Shown piece by piece: positions 9,425-19,375 of a stretch of 64,000 nt of DNA (position 1 is its first letter; each line of letters starts with the position of its first letter). The position numbers and the translations under genes were made by a program. The stretch lies in assembly GCA_965116885.1 (NCBI GenBank), contig OZ220741.1, positions 3,552,001 through 3,616,000 on the forward strand, given 5' to 3'. This DNA is from Candidatus Latescibacterota bacterium (GTDB lineage: Bacteria > Latescibacterota > UBA2968). The notes under the pieces were generated by a model. The model saw only the letters and a program-made list of their open reading frames with translations. It was not told the origin of the DNA and made no database searches.

Positions 9425-11059
9425 TTAGTGAATACCAAACCAGAACAGATCACGCGGAGACACAGGATAATCCTGGCGGATAATCTGTTCCATCAGGCGA
9501 TCTTTCATCTCCCGGCGTAAAGCGGCATGCTCCGGATCATTGACAAGATTCTTCTGCTCGTCCGGATCCGCCTCGAGATCGAAAAGCTGCTCGCCGTGTC
9601 CATCGGGGTAAAATGTATATCGGTATCTGGATGTGCGTACGGTGCGTGCCCAGGCTCCCAGACTCCCTGGACCGAAGCATGGAAAAGATTCAACGTACGC
9701 CTCTTCCCGCCAATCGTCCGGCACCTCTCCACGGCAAAGCTCAACCAATGACCTTCCTGAAATCGCTGGCGCACTGTCGTCCAGGCGGCCACCAAAATGG
9801 CGAAAACGCAGGTGAGGCAGGGGCACGTCGGTCATTTCGAGAATGGTGGGGCAAAGGTCTTCCAGTTGTACAATTTCCTGGTGTACGGCATTCTTCTGCA
9901 GGCCGGGACCAGCAATGATTAGTGGCACCCGAATGCCGCCGTCGTAGTGGCGCTCCTGTTTTTGCCAGAAGCCGTGATCACCGAGAAATTCACCGTGATC
10001 AGACACAAAAATGATGTACGTGCTGTCAAGACGCCTGGCGTCTTGCAAAGCCTTCCTGACCCGACCCAGTTGTTCGTCCAGGTGGGTAATGTCGGCGAAG
10101 TAGCAATGACGCTCGTGGCTGAGATCCGGTATCAGGGGGGGCTGTTCATCCGTACCGGGTGTAACAGCTACATCTTTCATCCAGGATGGTCGATCGTCGC
10201 TCTCGCCGTGCAACACCCGCGCCATTTTCTGAAAATATTCGGGTGCGTCAGTATCGTTGAGCCAATCCGCGGGGATCGGAGCGGGAATTTTCTCCGGGTT
10301 GACGCGGTCCATGAATTCGTCTGGAGGACAAAACGGGCCGTGGGGTGCCACGTAGCTGATATGGGCAAAGAAAGACTGCTCTGAATGGGTGTCGCGGATG
10401 AAATCCAGCGCCCTTGCAGTTATCCACGATGACTGCGATACCTCCTCGGGAAACGGCAGTGTATAGGCCTTGGGAGAGTTCTGGGGCCACGCCTCTGTGG
10501 GGTGTGGATAACGCTCTTTAGCGGCGCGTATGGCCGGTCTGAGATCGACGCCGTCGGGACCGTATTCGGCGTAACCCGGAACAGCGGGCCAGGCCGTTGA
10601 AAGGGCCGCTTCATAATGTTCAGGATGCGCCTCTTTGACCCAGTCGAGCCACTCGCCGGCGCGGTCATCCTCAGTGCCGTGTACGACATCGAAACCATAG
10701 GGGTGGTAGTCGTGTACGAGGCTTTCGTGATGCGGCCTGAGGTGTAGCTTTCCGAAAGCGCCAGTCCGCCACCCTTCCTTTTGCAGTGCTTGCATGAAGG
10801 TCGGAATCTCAGGGTTGAGCGCGTATCCGTTCATGATCAAACCATGCGCTCTCGAACAAAGCCCGGTGGCAATCGTTGCCCGGGTAGGTGAGCATACCGG
10901 ATTGCTGGAGAATGTCCGGGTAAAGGACGTGCCGTTTTCACGCAGCCAGTCCAGGTTCGGCAGGGCACAAATTCCTTTGTCCCGAGCCACTTCGAGCCAC
11001 CTGGCCGACAACTGATCGACCATAAAAAGGATAACGTTGGGTTTATTTTGTGACTGCAT
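9425..11059 (-). CDS. Sulfatase (Cys-type), paralog of the adjacent gene
   Basis: KPNVILFMVDQ, CSPTR, GKLH, SDHG. Confidence 0.93.
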   Translation of the reverse strand: MQSQNKPNVILFMVDQLSARWLEVARDKGICALPNLDWLRENGTSFTRTFSSNPVCSPTRATIATGLCSRAHGLIMNGYALNPEIPTFMQALQKEGWRTGAFGKLHLRPHHESLVHDYHPYGFDVVHGTEDDRAGEWLDWVKEAHPEHYEAALSTAWPAVPGYAEYGPDGVDLRPAIRAAKERYPHPTEAWPQNSPKAYTLPFPEEVSQSSWITARALDFIRDTHSEQSFFAHISYVAPHGPFCPPDEFMDRVNPEKIPAPIPADWLNDTDAPEYFQKMARVLHGESDDRPSWMKDVAVTPGTDEQPPLIPDLSHERHCYFADITHLDEQLGRVRKALQDARRLDSTYIIFVSDHGEFLGDHGFWQKQERHYDGGIRVPLIIAGPGLQKNAVHQEIVQLEDLCPTILEMTDVPLPHLRFRHFGGRLDDSAPAISGRSLVELCRGEVPDDWREEAYVESFPCFGPGSLGAWARTVRTSRYRYTFYPDGHGEQLFDLEADPDEQKNLVNDPEHAALRREMKDRLMEQIIRQDYPVSPRDLFWFGIH

Positions 11060-11087
11060 AATGCCCCTGATGCGCTGTTTGAGCGTT

Positions 11088-12242
11088 TTAGTCGATAATC
11101 TTTGTTTCTACAGTCATTTTATTTATTGCATCCCAATTCCACTCTACGCCCATCCCGGGTCCATCTGGTACATCTACATTACCATCTGCATCCACCGCTT
11201 CAAGACCATCCTCATATCCTTCGAGAAAAATGTCAGAAGTCAGTTGCAAACATTCTGTATCGGGATGGACCCAAACCATTTCATAATAATTCGAATTGCC
11301 TATGGCAGACATCACATGTCTTTGCGCTGGACCAACGCCGTGAATTTCAATATCTGCGCCTACCGTTTCAGCCGCTGACGCCAGTTTCTTCGTTCCCGTG
11401 ATTCCATCTCCATTTACATTGCCCCTGATAAAATCTGTCGATCCGGACAACAGCATATTCATCTTTCCAGAGATTCCCGTAACTTTTTCCCCTTGAAGAA
11501 GTGGTGTATCGAGAAACTCTTTTAGTCTCTGGTGTCCGTGCTCAGTCGTGCCGTCCCCAATAAAATAAGGATCCTCTATCCAATAAAAACCGGCTTCATC
11601 GCAGGCTCTTCCAACTTTTAAAGCATCCGCAAATGTTGAATAATAGTTAAATGCATCCAGCATTAAATCCATCTTTCCTCCGACTCTATCGGCCACAGCG
11701 TGTATCAAGTTTATATGGTCTTGAATATCAGGTCTGGGGAATGGATGGATCTTAAATCCTTTATAACCTATTTTTAGGCATTGTTCAGCAAAATCAGCGT
11801 ACGATTCTGGCGTGGATAAGCCCCCTTTTAATCCTTCTTCTCCTCCGTTCATCGTACTGGCATAAGCGGGCAACTTTTTTCTATATCCTCCCAATAACTC
11901 AGATACGGAGAGGTCCGTCATTTTTCCAAGGATATCCCATAATATGATGTCAACAGATGCGTGCAACCCACTTAGATGAAACTTATTGAAATCTTGCCAG
12001 ATTTCTTCCCTTGCAAGTGGATTCCGTCCCAATAAGTCGTGAGCAATGCGAGAAATATCATGGCTAATCGGATAGGTTCCGACGACTCCACAATCAGTAT
12101 AAATACTGGTCAGGTGTTTACTCATTGAAAGATTCACGCCCGGGTTATAGGTCATCCACGAAGAATATGTACCAGGTCCACAATCTTTGATTTGCCACTG
12201 AATCCTTTTTATTTCAATCTTCTTTATTTTGGGCGATTTCAT
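11088..12242 (-). CDS. Mandelate racemase/enolase-superfamily enzyme (probable acid-sugar dehydratase)
   Basis: LWDILGK, PAYAS, GFKIH, LMLDA, WIEDP, LQGE, PGMGVE. Start set at MKSPK after a GGAG RBS. Visibly AT-rich. Confidence 0.88.
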   Translation of the reverse strand: MKSPKIKKIEIKRIQWQIKDCGPGTYSSWMTYNPGVNLSMSKHLTSIYTDCGVVGTYPISHDISRIAHDLLGRNPLAREEIWQDFNKFHLSGLHASVDIILWDILGKMTDLSVSELLGGYRKKLPAYASTMNGGEEGLKGGLSTPESYADFAEQCLKIGYKGFKIHPFPRPDIQDHINLIHAVADRVGGKMDLMLDAFNYYSTFADALKVGRACDEAGFYWIEDPYFIGDGTTEHGHQRLKEFLDTPLLQGEKVTGISGKMNMLLSGSTDFIRGNVNGDGITGTKKLASAAETVGADIEIHGVGPAQRHVMSAIGNSNYYEMVWVHPDTECLQLTSDIFLEGYEDGLEAVDADGNVDVPDGPGMGVEWNWDAINKMTVETKIID

Positions 12243-12289
12243 CTCTATCTCCTGGTCTGAGACCATCGCAGAGAAGACGGTTAGCTTTA

Positions 12290-12310
12290 GCAGGTTTTTC
12301 AACAACCTGC
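12290..12310. repeat. Intergenic hairpin GCAGGTT-N7-AACCTGC
   Basis: Perfect 7-bp stem; function unknown. Confidence 0.4.
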
Positions 12311-12341
12311 ATAGGGAACGGTTAAACGTTGACAAATAACC

Positions 12342-13280
12342 TTATGCTGATTTTCCGGGCGGGCAGATCGTGTCTATCTTGTCCAGGATGGCTTTATTGA
12401 GTTCCCCGTCGGCAGCGGCAGCGTTCTGTTTTGCCTGCTCGGGTGTTTTCATTCCGGGAATAGGGCAGGTGACGGCAGGATTGGCGAGGGTGAACTTGAG
12501 CGCGAGATCAACCATGTTCCTGCCTTCGGGCACTAACTCACGAATCGCCGCAACCTTGTCGAGTTTGGCGAGGAAATCATCGCGTTGACTTCCCCCTGTA
12601 TTCCAGTGATCTCGAACCGTGTCTTCAAACCTTGTATCTGCCGTGAATTTATCCGCCAAAAGACCCTGAGCTATTGGTCCGCGCAGTAACACCCCGATAT
12701 TGTTGTCCAGACAGTGGGGGAGGATGTCATTCTCAGGTCGCCGGTTAAAGAGCGAGTAGTTGATCTGGCACGATGCACATGCGCCCTCTGAGTTGAGCGC
12801 TTTGAGCGAATTTAGGTCGTTGGTAGATATCGCGTAGTGACGGATCTTTCCCTCTTTCTTGAGCAACTCAAAGGCTTCGACAAAGATCTCGGGATGTTCC
12901 GGGGTTCCGATGTGACACTGATACAGGTCAATATAATCTGTATCGAGCCGGTAAAGGCTTGCGTGACAGCAATTGATGATGCTGTATATCGTCTTGTACC
13001 CGAGGGGATCTCCCTGACGGCGTCCCCAGTTGCCAACCTTTGTCGCGATATAGACCTCAGATCGCTTGCTTTTCAGCGCTTTGCCTGTGTAGATTTCACT
13101 CTGACCACAACCGTAGCCATCCGCGGTGTCAAACAAATTAACGCCTGCATCGAGAGCCGCGTTGATGGTGTCGAGGGCCTGCTGTTCTTCAACCGGACCC
13201 CACTGTCCGCCGATGCCCCAGCATCCCATGGAGACAGTGCTCACATTCCACCCCGTTTTCCCAAGCGTTCTATACTGCAT
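12342..13280 (-). CDS. Aldo/keto reductase
   Basis: MQYRTLGKTG, FDTADGYG, IATKVG, DYIDLYQCH, PIPG. Confidence 0.95.
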   Translation of the reverse strand: MQYRTLGKTGWNVSTVSMGCWGIGGQWGPVEEQQALDTINAALDAGVNLFDTADGYGCGQSEIYTGKALKSKRSEVYIATKVGNWGRRQGDPLGYKTIYSIINCCHASLYRLDTDYIDLYQCHIGTPEHPEIFVEAFELLKKEGKIRHYAISTNDLNSLKALNSEGACASCQINYSLFNRRPENDILPHCLDNNIGVLLRGPIAQGLLADKFTADTRFEDTVRDHWNTGGSQRDDFLAKLDKVAAIRELVPEGRNMVDLALKFTLANPAVTCPIPGMKTPEQAKQNAAAADGELNKAILDKIDTICPPGKSA

Positions 13281-13293
13281 GGTATTCCTCCGT

Positions 13294-14142
13294 TTATGCT
13301 TTTTCCCGACGAGGCGTCACTCGCCAGTCGGTTCGCAGTTTGGCAACGCGGTCGGCTGGCGGCTGCAGGAAGCACTTGACTCTTTCACTGGCTTTCGCTT
13401 GCAGCTCAGGCCCGACGAGTTCCCAGGCGTTGTAGAACAGCCGGTCGCTGTTTGGTACGATGCGGATGTTCAGGGTGCGTCGGGGCTTGTGAGTCTGATT
13501 TACGCCCGCGCAATGCAGGCCCCCCGCGTTTACAATCAGTAAATCACCCGGATCGCCGGTCGCCTGGATCTTGTTGCTGTCTGAATCCGGCTCGGGATCC
13601 ATCATTTCGGGTTCGTCGGCTTTGAAACAATGTGTGCGCGGAATCAACCGGGTACCGCCATTTTCCGCTGAATAGCCGTCGAGCATAAAGAAGAACCACA
13701 GACCGTTGTGCTTGCCTTCGTCCGTGAGGCCGGGCCTGAAGTCGCGATGGAAGCGCCCCTGCCGCGCTTCCGGGTGATAGCGTACAGTGTTGGCAACGAG
13801 ATCTAAGAAATGGTAGGTGCCCAGAGCGCGTTCGCAGATCCCGTGAACGGTGTCGTGGTCGAGCAGATCCATGGCCGCTTTACCCCACATGAAACAGGCG
13901 CGGGCGTTCGGATTGATTGTGAAGTTGCGTTTTCCCTTTCCGTCGAGAATACGCACTTCGGGCAACTTCATCCCTCCTCGCCACTCGGCGATGTAATCAT
14001 CCGCAGCACGCTGGGCGATATCCCGAAGAGGATCGAGATACTCGGGCGCGATTTGCTCCCGCAGGATGACATAACCGTTTTCTTGCAGATCGGCTACATG
14101 TGCGTCCAATTCCTCGTCGCTCATTGGATGGACTGGTTGCAT
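13294..14142 (-). CDS. PhyH-family dioxygenase
   Basis: FHRD, ENGGTRLIPRTH, GDLLIVNAGGLHCAG, RRTL. Confidence 0.88.
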   Translation of the reverse strand: MQPVHPMSDEELDAHVADLQENGYVILREQIAPEYLDPLRDIAQRAADDYIAEWRGGMKLPEVRILDGKGKRNFTINPNARACFMWGKAAMDLLDHDTVHGICERALGTYHFLDLVANTVRYHPEARQGRFHRDFRPGLTDEGKHNGLWFFFMLDGYSAENGGTRLIPRTHCFKADEPEMMDPEPDSDSNKIQATGDPGDLLIVNAGGLHCAGVNQTHKPRRTLNIRIVPNSDRLFYNAWELVGPELQAKASERVKCFLQPPADRVAKLRTDWRVTPRREKA

Positions 14143-14181
14143 AGGTTGATCTCCTTATTGTTCGTCCACAATGTTTGTCCT

Positions 14182-16689
14182 TCAGTCTTTTTTTAACTCG
14201 GGAATATTGTTCGGCATAAAAGATATCTCTCGCATACCTTCGTCGCCCAAAAACTGAATTGTAACACCACCTATGGATAGCATGTGCTGCAAATCCTCAA
14301 TATTTCTCACCTTCTCATTGTCCACAGACAAAATCACAGTATCGCCCAATAACCCTACCTGAGCGGCTTCTGACTCTACTGGAACATCAATTACCAAAAC
14401 ACCATCATTGTGCTCTAATTCCACCGCCCCAATCACCGCAGATTCCCGACCATAATTTACCAGACTACGCAAGGTTGCTCCCATCCAGTCATACAGATCA
14501 GCATTGACATAGGTGCCCCAAAACTCAGCGTTTTTATCAAACGCTTGCCCCAGGCCAGACCAGATTCGCACATCAGATTTGAACCTCGAATCTTGCACGC
14601 CAAATTGATCCATAGGGAAATTTTTAAATCCGACCTCAGATCCAAATTTCGCCCGATAATCTCCAGATGATGGATTGTAAAAACCTGGATCACATGTTTT
14701 CGAATGCACGTCCAGACCCAACGCCCTGTGATCTTCCGGAGGCTCATAAACCGCAAACAGATTTTCATCCACCAAATTATCTTCTCCCTGGCAACCCGCC
14801 ATTCCCATTCCGCGCGGTGAATAAGCTTCTCGACGAACAAGAATATTTCGCCGAACCACATCGCCGCTATTGGGATACCAAACGTGTGGGCTGAATAAGG
14901 TAGAAATATTGTTCTCTACAGTTCGAAAAAAGCCTTCACGCAACTTGATACCACCTTGCAAGCACAAATTGCCATAAACGTGATAATGCCCAGACCCATC
15001 GTCTAAATCAATATCGTATCCATGCGCACATTGAATCCGATTGTGGCGCAAAACAATTGGATCGACACAATCCAACTTCGCCATCGTGCGCATGCGGGCG
15101 AATTCTTCAGGTGTTGCCTCGCCCTTTAGCTTCATCCAGTACCGATCCCTTCCCCACGAATTATAAGCTCCGTGTTCTCGCGTGGCCATTGACGTATCAA
15201 AAATATCGTTCCATTCAATCACATGTCCACCCCAACATCCATCGTTCACATTGATCGCAGCACGCGGCACATCGTAAATACTATTATGACTGACTGTAAT
15301 CTCTTTGGCCTTAGAAATGAACACACCTGCAATCTGTTTCTCTACACTGCCCAACTGCGTCATCAAATTGTCGTGAATCACACACCGGACCGGATAATTA
15401 TTGTTCTGAGGCCCTGCTTCTAAATCGACCAACTCATGTCCTTCATCCAGCATTTCAGACGGCAACTTTGCCATACTCTCATTCTCAAATGGCCTGCCAT
15501 TTACCATCGGTGTTTCACCCCGCATACCTTCAGGCCACCCCCACCAATGTGCCCATCGCGACCTCACGGCAGAATTATTTCCCTCAAGTAAAACAGCACT
15601 CGCACCCGTCTTTACAAACCGACACCCGCTCACAGTGACGTTCCGACTATAATTTTGAATAAAAACCCCATTCCCACCTATGCGCTCAAACGAGCAATTT
15701 TGAACGGTGCACAATTCAGCGCCTTCAAAAACAATAGCGCCTCCCCGATACACCTTCCAATCGCCACCACTTGGTATGACATCCGTTTCCATAAACGTGT
15801 AAGACGTATGGGTCAGTGTCAGCCCATCCAGAGTGATATAACAAACGGGGTTGTCCTCCGACCCTCGAAACTCAAACAAATGCCTCAGCACCACAACTTC
15901 CACTGTGGCATCGTCAAGAGTCTGTCCTTCTTCAGGCTTGAAATACAGTGTATGAGTTTCTCGATCTAAAAACCATTCTTTAGGCGCGTCCAATTCTTCA
16001 AACACGTTTTCAATAAACATCCGCCCTTCAGCCAACACATCATACGGATTGGTTCTTCGCCCACTGTTTTGCCACCCACCTTCTACTTTCCGATCCTTCT
16101 CGTGCTCAAAGGTGTAAACCCCATCTGGATCTTTTTCCAAAATACGAAAGTGCAATGTACCCCACCCCAGCGACATCATCCCGTGTACAAAAGCACCCAC
16201 CGGATTGGCATATCCTTTTAAGCGCGCCGAATCAATGGCATCTTGAGAGGTCTCTGGCGAAACCCATCGAATGCTGCCATCAAAAAACCCATCTCGCGGA
16301 TCAGCATTTGGATAGCGACAGCGAACCATCTTTTCACCATTGATAAAAAGCTGATCAAAATCCAAGCCCTCAGGCACTTTAGCCTTCACCAGCCCATCTC
16401 CGGCGTCTTCCCAAATCAAGTCCACAGACTCTGCCCCACTAACAACAACCTCTTCGTCCTCATAAGCCCGATAAACAATGGGCGCATCTTTCGTCCCAGA
16501 ATCTTCTGCACCAAAAATGAGTGTCTCGTTCAAATAGTAAGTTCCCTGTCTCAAACACACTGTTATCGGCCCGTTTTGTTTGCATGCACGAACAACCTCT
16601 TGCGCCCGTTTTAGCGTAGCAAGAGGTTGTTCTTCGGTGCCAGAATTTCTATCATCGCCTTTAGATGAAACAAAAAGCGTCTGCCCCAT
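14182..16689 (-). CDS. Right-handed beta-helix protein (GH141-like) with C-terminal PDZ-like domain
   Basis: N-terminus LFVSSKGDD..GT..QPLATL..LRQGTYYL, LDAPKEWF, beta-helix repeats, C-terminal AAQVGLLGDTVILSVD. Start MGQTL after AAGGAG. Confidence 0.75.
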   Translation of the reverse strand: MGQTLFVSSKGDDRNSGTEEQPLATLKRAQEVVRACKQNGPITVCLRQGTYYLNETLIFGAEDSGTKDAPIVYRAYEDEEVVVSGAESVDLIWEDAGDGLVKAKVPEGLDFDQLFINGEKMVRCRYPNADPRDGFFDGSIRWVSPETSQDAIDSARLKGYANPVGAFVHGMMSLGWGTLHFRILEKDPDGVYTFEHEKDRKVEGGWQNSGRRTNPYDVLAEGRMFIENVFEELDAPKEWFLDRETHTLYFKPEEGQTLDDATVEVVVLRHLFEFRGSEDNPVCYITLDGLTLTHTSYTFMETDVIPSGGDWKVYRGGAIVFEGAELCTVQNCSFERIGGNGVFIQNYSRNVTVSGCRFVKTGASAVLLEGNNSAVRSRWAHWWGWPEGMRGETPMVNGRPFENESMAKLPSEMLDEGHELVDLEAGPQNNNYPVRCVIHDNLMTQLGSVEKQIAGVFISKAKEITVSHNSIYDVPRAAINVNDGCWGGHVIEWNDIFDTSMATREHGAYNSWGRDRYWMKLKGEATPEEFARMRTMAKLDCVDPIVLRHNRIQCAHGYDIDLDDGSGHYHVYGNLCLQGGIKLREGFFRTVENNISTLFSPHVWYPNSGDVVRRNILVRREAYSPRGMGMAGCQGEDNLVDENLFAVYEPPEDHRALGLDVHSKTCDPGFYNPSSGDYRAKFGSEVGFKNFPMDQFGVQDSRFKSDVRIWSGLGQAFDKNAEFWGTYVNADLYDWMGATLRSLVNYGRESAVIGAVELEHNDGVLVIDVPVESEAAQVGLLGDTVILSVDNEKVRNIEDLQHMLSIGGVTIQFLGDEGMREISFMPNNIPELKKD

Positions 16690-16693
16690 AAAA

Positions 16694-16780
16694 TCACTCC
16701 TTATCATAACCTGTTTTTCGATCTCCATCGACTTCCTTAGACCAAGTCGCGTACAGTTCCCAGGCATTAATGCTTTTCAT
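16694..16780 (-). pseudogene. Chimeric 28-aa deletion scar (gene start fused to a sulfatase C-terminus)
   Basis: MKSINAWELYATWSKEVDGDRKTGYDKE*. ELYATWSKEVD matches ELYRAWSEEVD of the 20925-22310 sulfatase (27 of 34 nt identical by manual alignment). Confidence 0.65.
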
Positions 16781-16859
16781 CTCTTATCCTGTCTCTGTGG
16801 ATGTGTAAAAGGGCTGATCACGATATTCGGGTAGGAACCGCTGTTGTTATCACCCATCA

Positions 16860-18167
16860 TCACGATCCTTTCGCCCGTTGAAACCAGTCAATGAGTTGGC
16901 TTTTAAGATCGTTATAAATCTCAGGATATTGACTGGCCAAATCATTGGCTTCGCCAATATCCTGATCGAGCTTGTACAATTCAAATTGCAATTCTTCAAT
17001 AGCCGGAATAGCCTCGGCAAATTGCCCGCGATGATTAGGGCCTGTACCAACCAGTTTCCAATCGTCTTTTACCGCTCCCATTTTCCCAAACAAATCCCAA
17101 AACACATACCGCCCTGGCAAATCTTCTTGCCCCTGTGATCTCAAATGCGCAAGCAAACTCACTCCATGAACTGGATGCTGTCCATTCATTTTGGGAATCT
17201 CAATGCCAGCCGCATCCAGCACAGTGGCAAACAAATCAAAATGCACAGCACCTGCATCAGATACCATCCCTTTGGGAATAACACCCGGCCACTGCATCAC
17301 CGCAGGCACGCGGATTCCACCTTCATATGTCATTCCTTTTTGCCCGCGTAAAGGGCCATTATTGCCCGGAAATTTATCAATCATTGCACCATTATCGCTC
17401 AAGTAGATGACAAGTGTGTTATCTACGATAGCCAACTCATGCAATGTCGCCATGATTTTACCCACACCATCATCCATATGATCCAGCACCGCACAATAGT
17501 CGCGCTTGGGGAACTCAATACCGCGATCTTCATACTTTTTTAACCACTCGGCTTTGCCCGATGTTTTGGGTGCCTGTTCTCGCCACAAGGGACCATGCAC
17601 AGCATTGTAAGGCACATAACAAAAAAACGGCTTATCACGATGTTTCCGAATAAAGTCAATCGCATAACCAGTAAACACATCCGTCAAATGATCTTCATGC
17701 ACCATGGGCTGGTCATTGTGCAAAAGGCGACTACCATCAAAAGGCCAATAGGGGTGTGCACCACCCAAAAATCCGACAAATTCTTCAAAACCGCGTTCAT
17801 TGGGCACATTGGGTGCATCATATCCCAAATGCCACTTGCCAAACATGCCAGTTTTATATCCTGCTTCCTTCAAAAACTCGGGCAAAAGTTTTACATCATC
17901 ATGAATGCGCCTTGGCAACGTATCTGTTTTCTGCCCCGGCAGTGATGGGCCACGCCACATGCCGCATTCCAAAGAATACTGCCCAGAAAAAAGAGATGCA
18001 CGCGTTGGCGCACAAAGTGGATTGACCCTCAACTGTGTAAAACGCACCCCATTTTTTGCAATCGCATCCATCGTTGGTGTATCGACCTCTGTATCCCAAT
18101 AACAACCCGCATCTCCATACCCCTGATCGTCTGTAACAATGATGAGAAAATTTGGTTTTGTGGCCAT
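16860..18167 (-). CDS. Sulfatase (Cys-type, arylsulfatase-like)
   Basis: KPNFLIIVTDDQGYGD, CAPTR, GKWHLG, SDNG. Confidence 0.95.
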   Translation of the reverse strand: MATKPNFLIIVTDDQGYGDAGCYWDTEVDTPTMDAIAKNGVRFTQLRVNPLCAPTRASLFSGQYSLECGMWRGPSLPGQKTDTLPRRIHDDVKLLPEFLKEAGYKTGMFGKWHLGYDAPNVPNERGFEEFVGFLGGAHPYWPFDGSRLLHNDQPMVHEDHLTDVFTGYAIDFIRKHRDKPFFCYVPYNAVHGPLWREQAPKTSGKAEWLKKYEDRGIEFPKRDYCAVLDHMDDGVGKIMATLHELAIVDNTLVIYLSDNGAMIDKFPGNNGPLRGQKGMTYEGGIRVPAVMQWPGVIPKGMVSDAGAVHFDLFATVLDAAGIEIPKMNGQHPVHGVSLLAHLRSQGQEDLPGRYVFWDLFGKMGAVKDDWKLVGTGPNHRGQFAEAIPAIEELQFELYKLDQDIGEANDLASQYPEIYNDLKSQLIDWFQRAKGS

Positions 18168-18174
18168 AATGATC
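18121..18174. repeat. 54-bp direct repeat, copy 1 (sulfatase start region)
   Basis: 53 of 54 nt identical to 22264-22317. Confidence 0.9.
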
Positions 18175-19015
18175 ATTCCTTGAGTGCGGCAGCATCCTCA
18201 GCGATCCACTCTTTCCATCTCTCTTCGTCGGGTTGCATAAATCCACTGTTGGCTCGCCGAAATACATTTGCATCTTCGCCCAGGAGGCGCAGTAGGCGAC
18301 GATTGCCAGTCTCTCGTGCTCGCGCTTTGACTGCTTGAGAAATTGGGCCTGAATAATTGGCTCTGTGTTTAAGCCAGGAGTGATTCATCGTTAAAAAGAA
18401 AAGGTATCGGTATTCCTTTGAGTAATTGGCCGTTCCCGAGTGTACTATCGCATTGTGAAATACGGCGATATCTCCAGATTTGGGATAAAGGATGACTTCG
18501 TCAGGATGGGGTTGTTTTCTTTCTTCTTGTGTTAAAGATATTGCCTTCATGTGAGAACCTGGAATAATTCGCAGGGGGCCAATTTCATCATCGAGATCCT
18601 GTAAATAGCTCAGGGCATTGAAGAGTAAGGGCCTTTGGTAGATGCCTTCTTGAGGAAACTCGGCGAACATGTCCCGATGAAAACCCAGTACTGGATTTGT
18701 GTTTGGGTCCTGTGGCGCCGTGCGCCGATATGTGATGGATTCAAGCTGGACATGAGGGCCGACGATCATTTCAGCAAAGTCCAGGAGGCGCTTATTTGAC
18801 AAGGCAGAGAGAATGAGATCGGGTTTGTGTTCTAACACATCGACAAAGACCTGGGGTCGGCTGCCATCGGGATTGGGGAGGCGATCACCGATTTCTTCAA
18901 ATGAATCTCGCATGGCTTTGACCCAGACATCGTCCAGCATCTTTGGGAAAAGTGTAAATCCAACTGTTTTGAATTCTTTTAGGTGTTCTTCGAGGGATTT
19001 GGGCTCTTTTTGCAT
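18173..19015 (-). CDS. PhyH-family dioxygenase
   Basis: FHRD, GPLRIIPGSH, GDIAVFHNAIVHSG. Confidence 0.9.
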   Translation of the reverse strand: MQKEPKSLEEHLKEFKTVGFTLFPKMLDDVWVKAMRDSFEEIGDRLPNPDGSRPQVFVDVLEHKPDLILSALSNKRLLDFAEMIVGPHVQLESITYRRTAPQDPNTNPVLGFHRDMFAEFPQEGIYQRPLLFNALSYLQDLDDEIGPLRIIPGSHMKAISLTQEERKQPHPDEVILYPKSGDIAVFHNAIVHSGTANYSKEYRYLFFLTMNHSWLKHRANYSGPISQAVKARARETGNRRLLRLLGEDANVFRRANSGFMQPDEERWKEWIAEDAAALKE

Positions 19016-19058
19016 TTCAGCCTCCTGGTGTTTCAGTTTTCTTCATTTTGGGCAGAAT

Positions 19059-19362
19059 TCAGGATTGGAAAATCGTCCCGGGCCACGGGTAAGCGTTGGA
19101 TCCAGCCTCATCATCGATGGGGCCTTCCGGCAGTGTGGCTTGCCAATCCAGGACCTGCTCTGACATCTGCTTGACCAGGGTCTCTTCAAATTTGGCGTGA
19201 TTGACGAGTTCCATCGGGTCTGCAGGAATGTTGTATAGTTCGACACGGCTTCTGTCCGGTTCGAACGTGGATATCCTCAGGGCCGTTGTCAGCTGAGAAG
19301 ATGACAATCGTATTGTCGGAAAGGCCCAGTTGATCCAGCCGATCCCTGAGCCGTCCAATAAG
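19059..19362 (-). pseudogene. Sulfatase remnant (5'-truncated and internally deleted)
   Basis: IGRLRDRLDQLGLSDNTIVIFSADNGPED is joined out of frame near 19263 to the C-terminal VELYNIPADPMELVN...LDWQATLP..YPWP. Confidence 0.85.
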
Positions 19363-19375
19363 GATAAAACACAAA

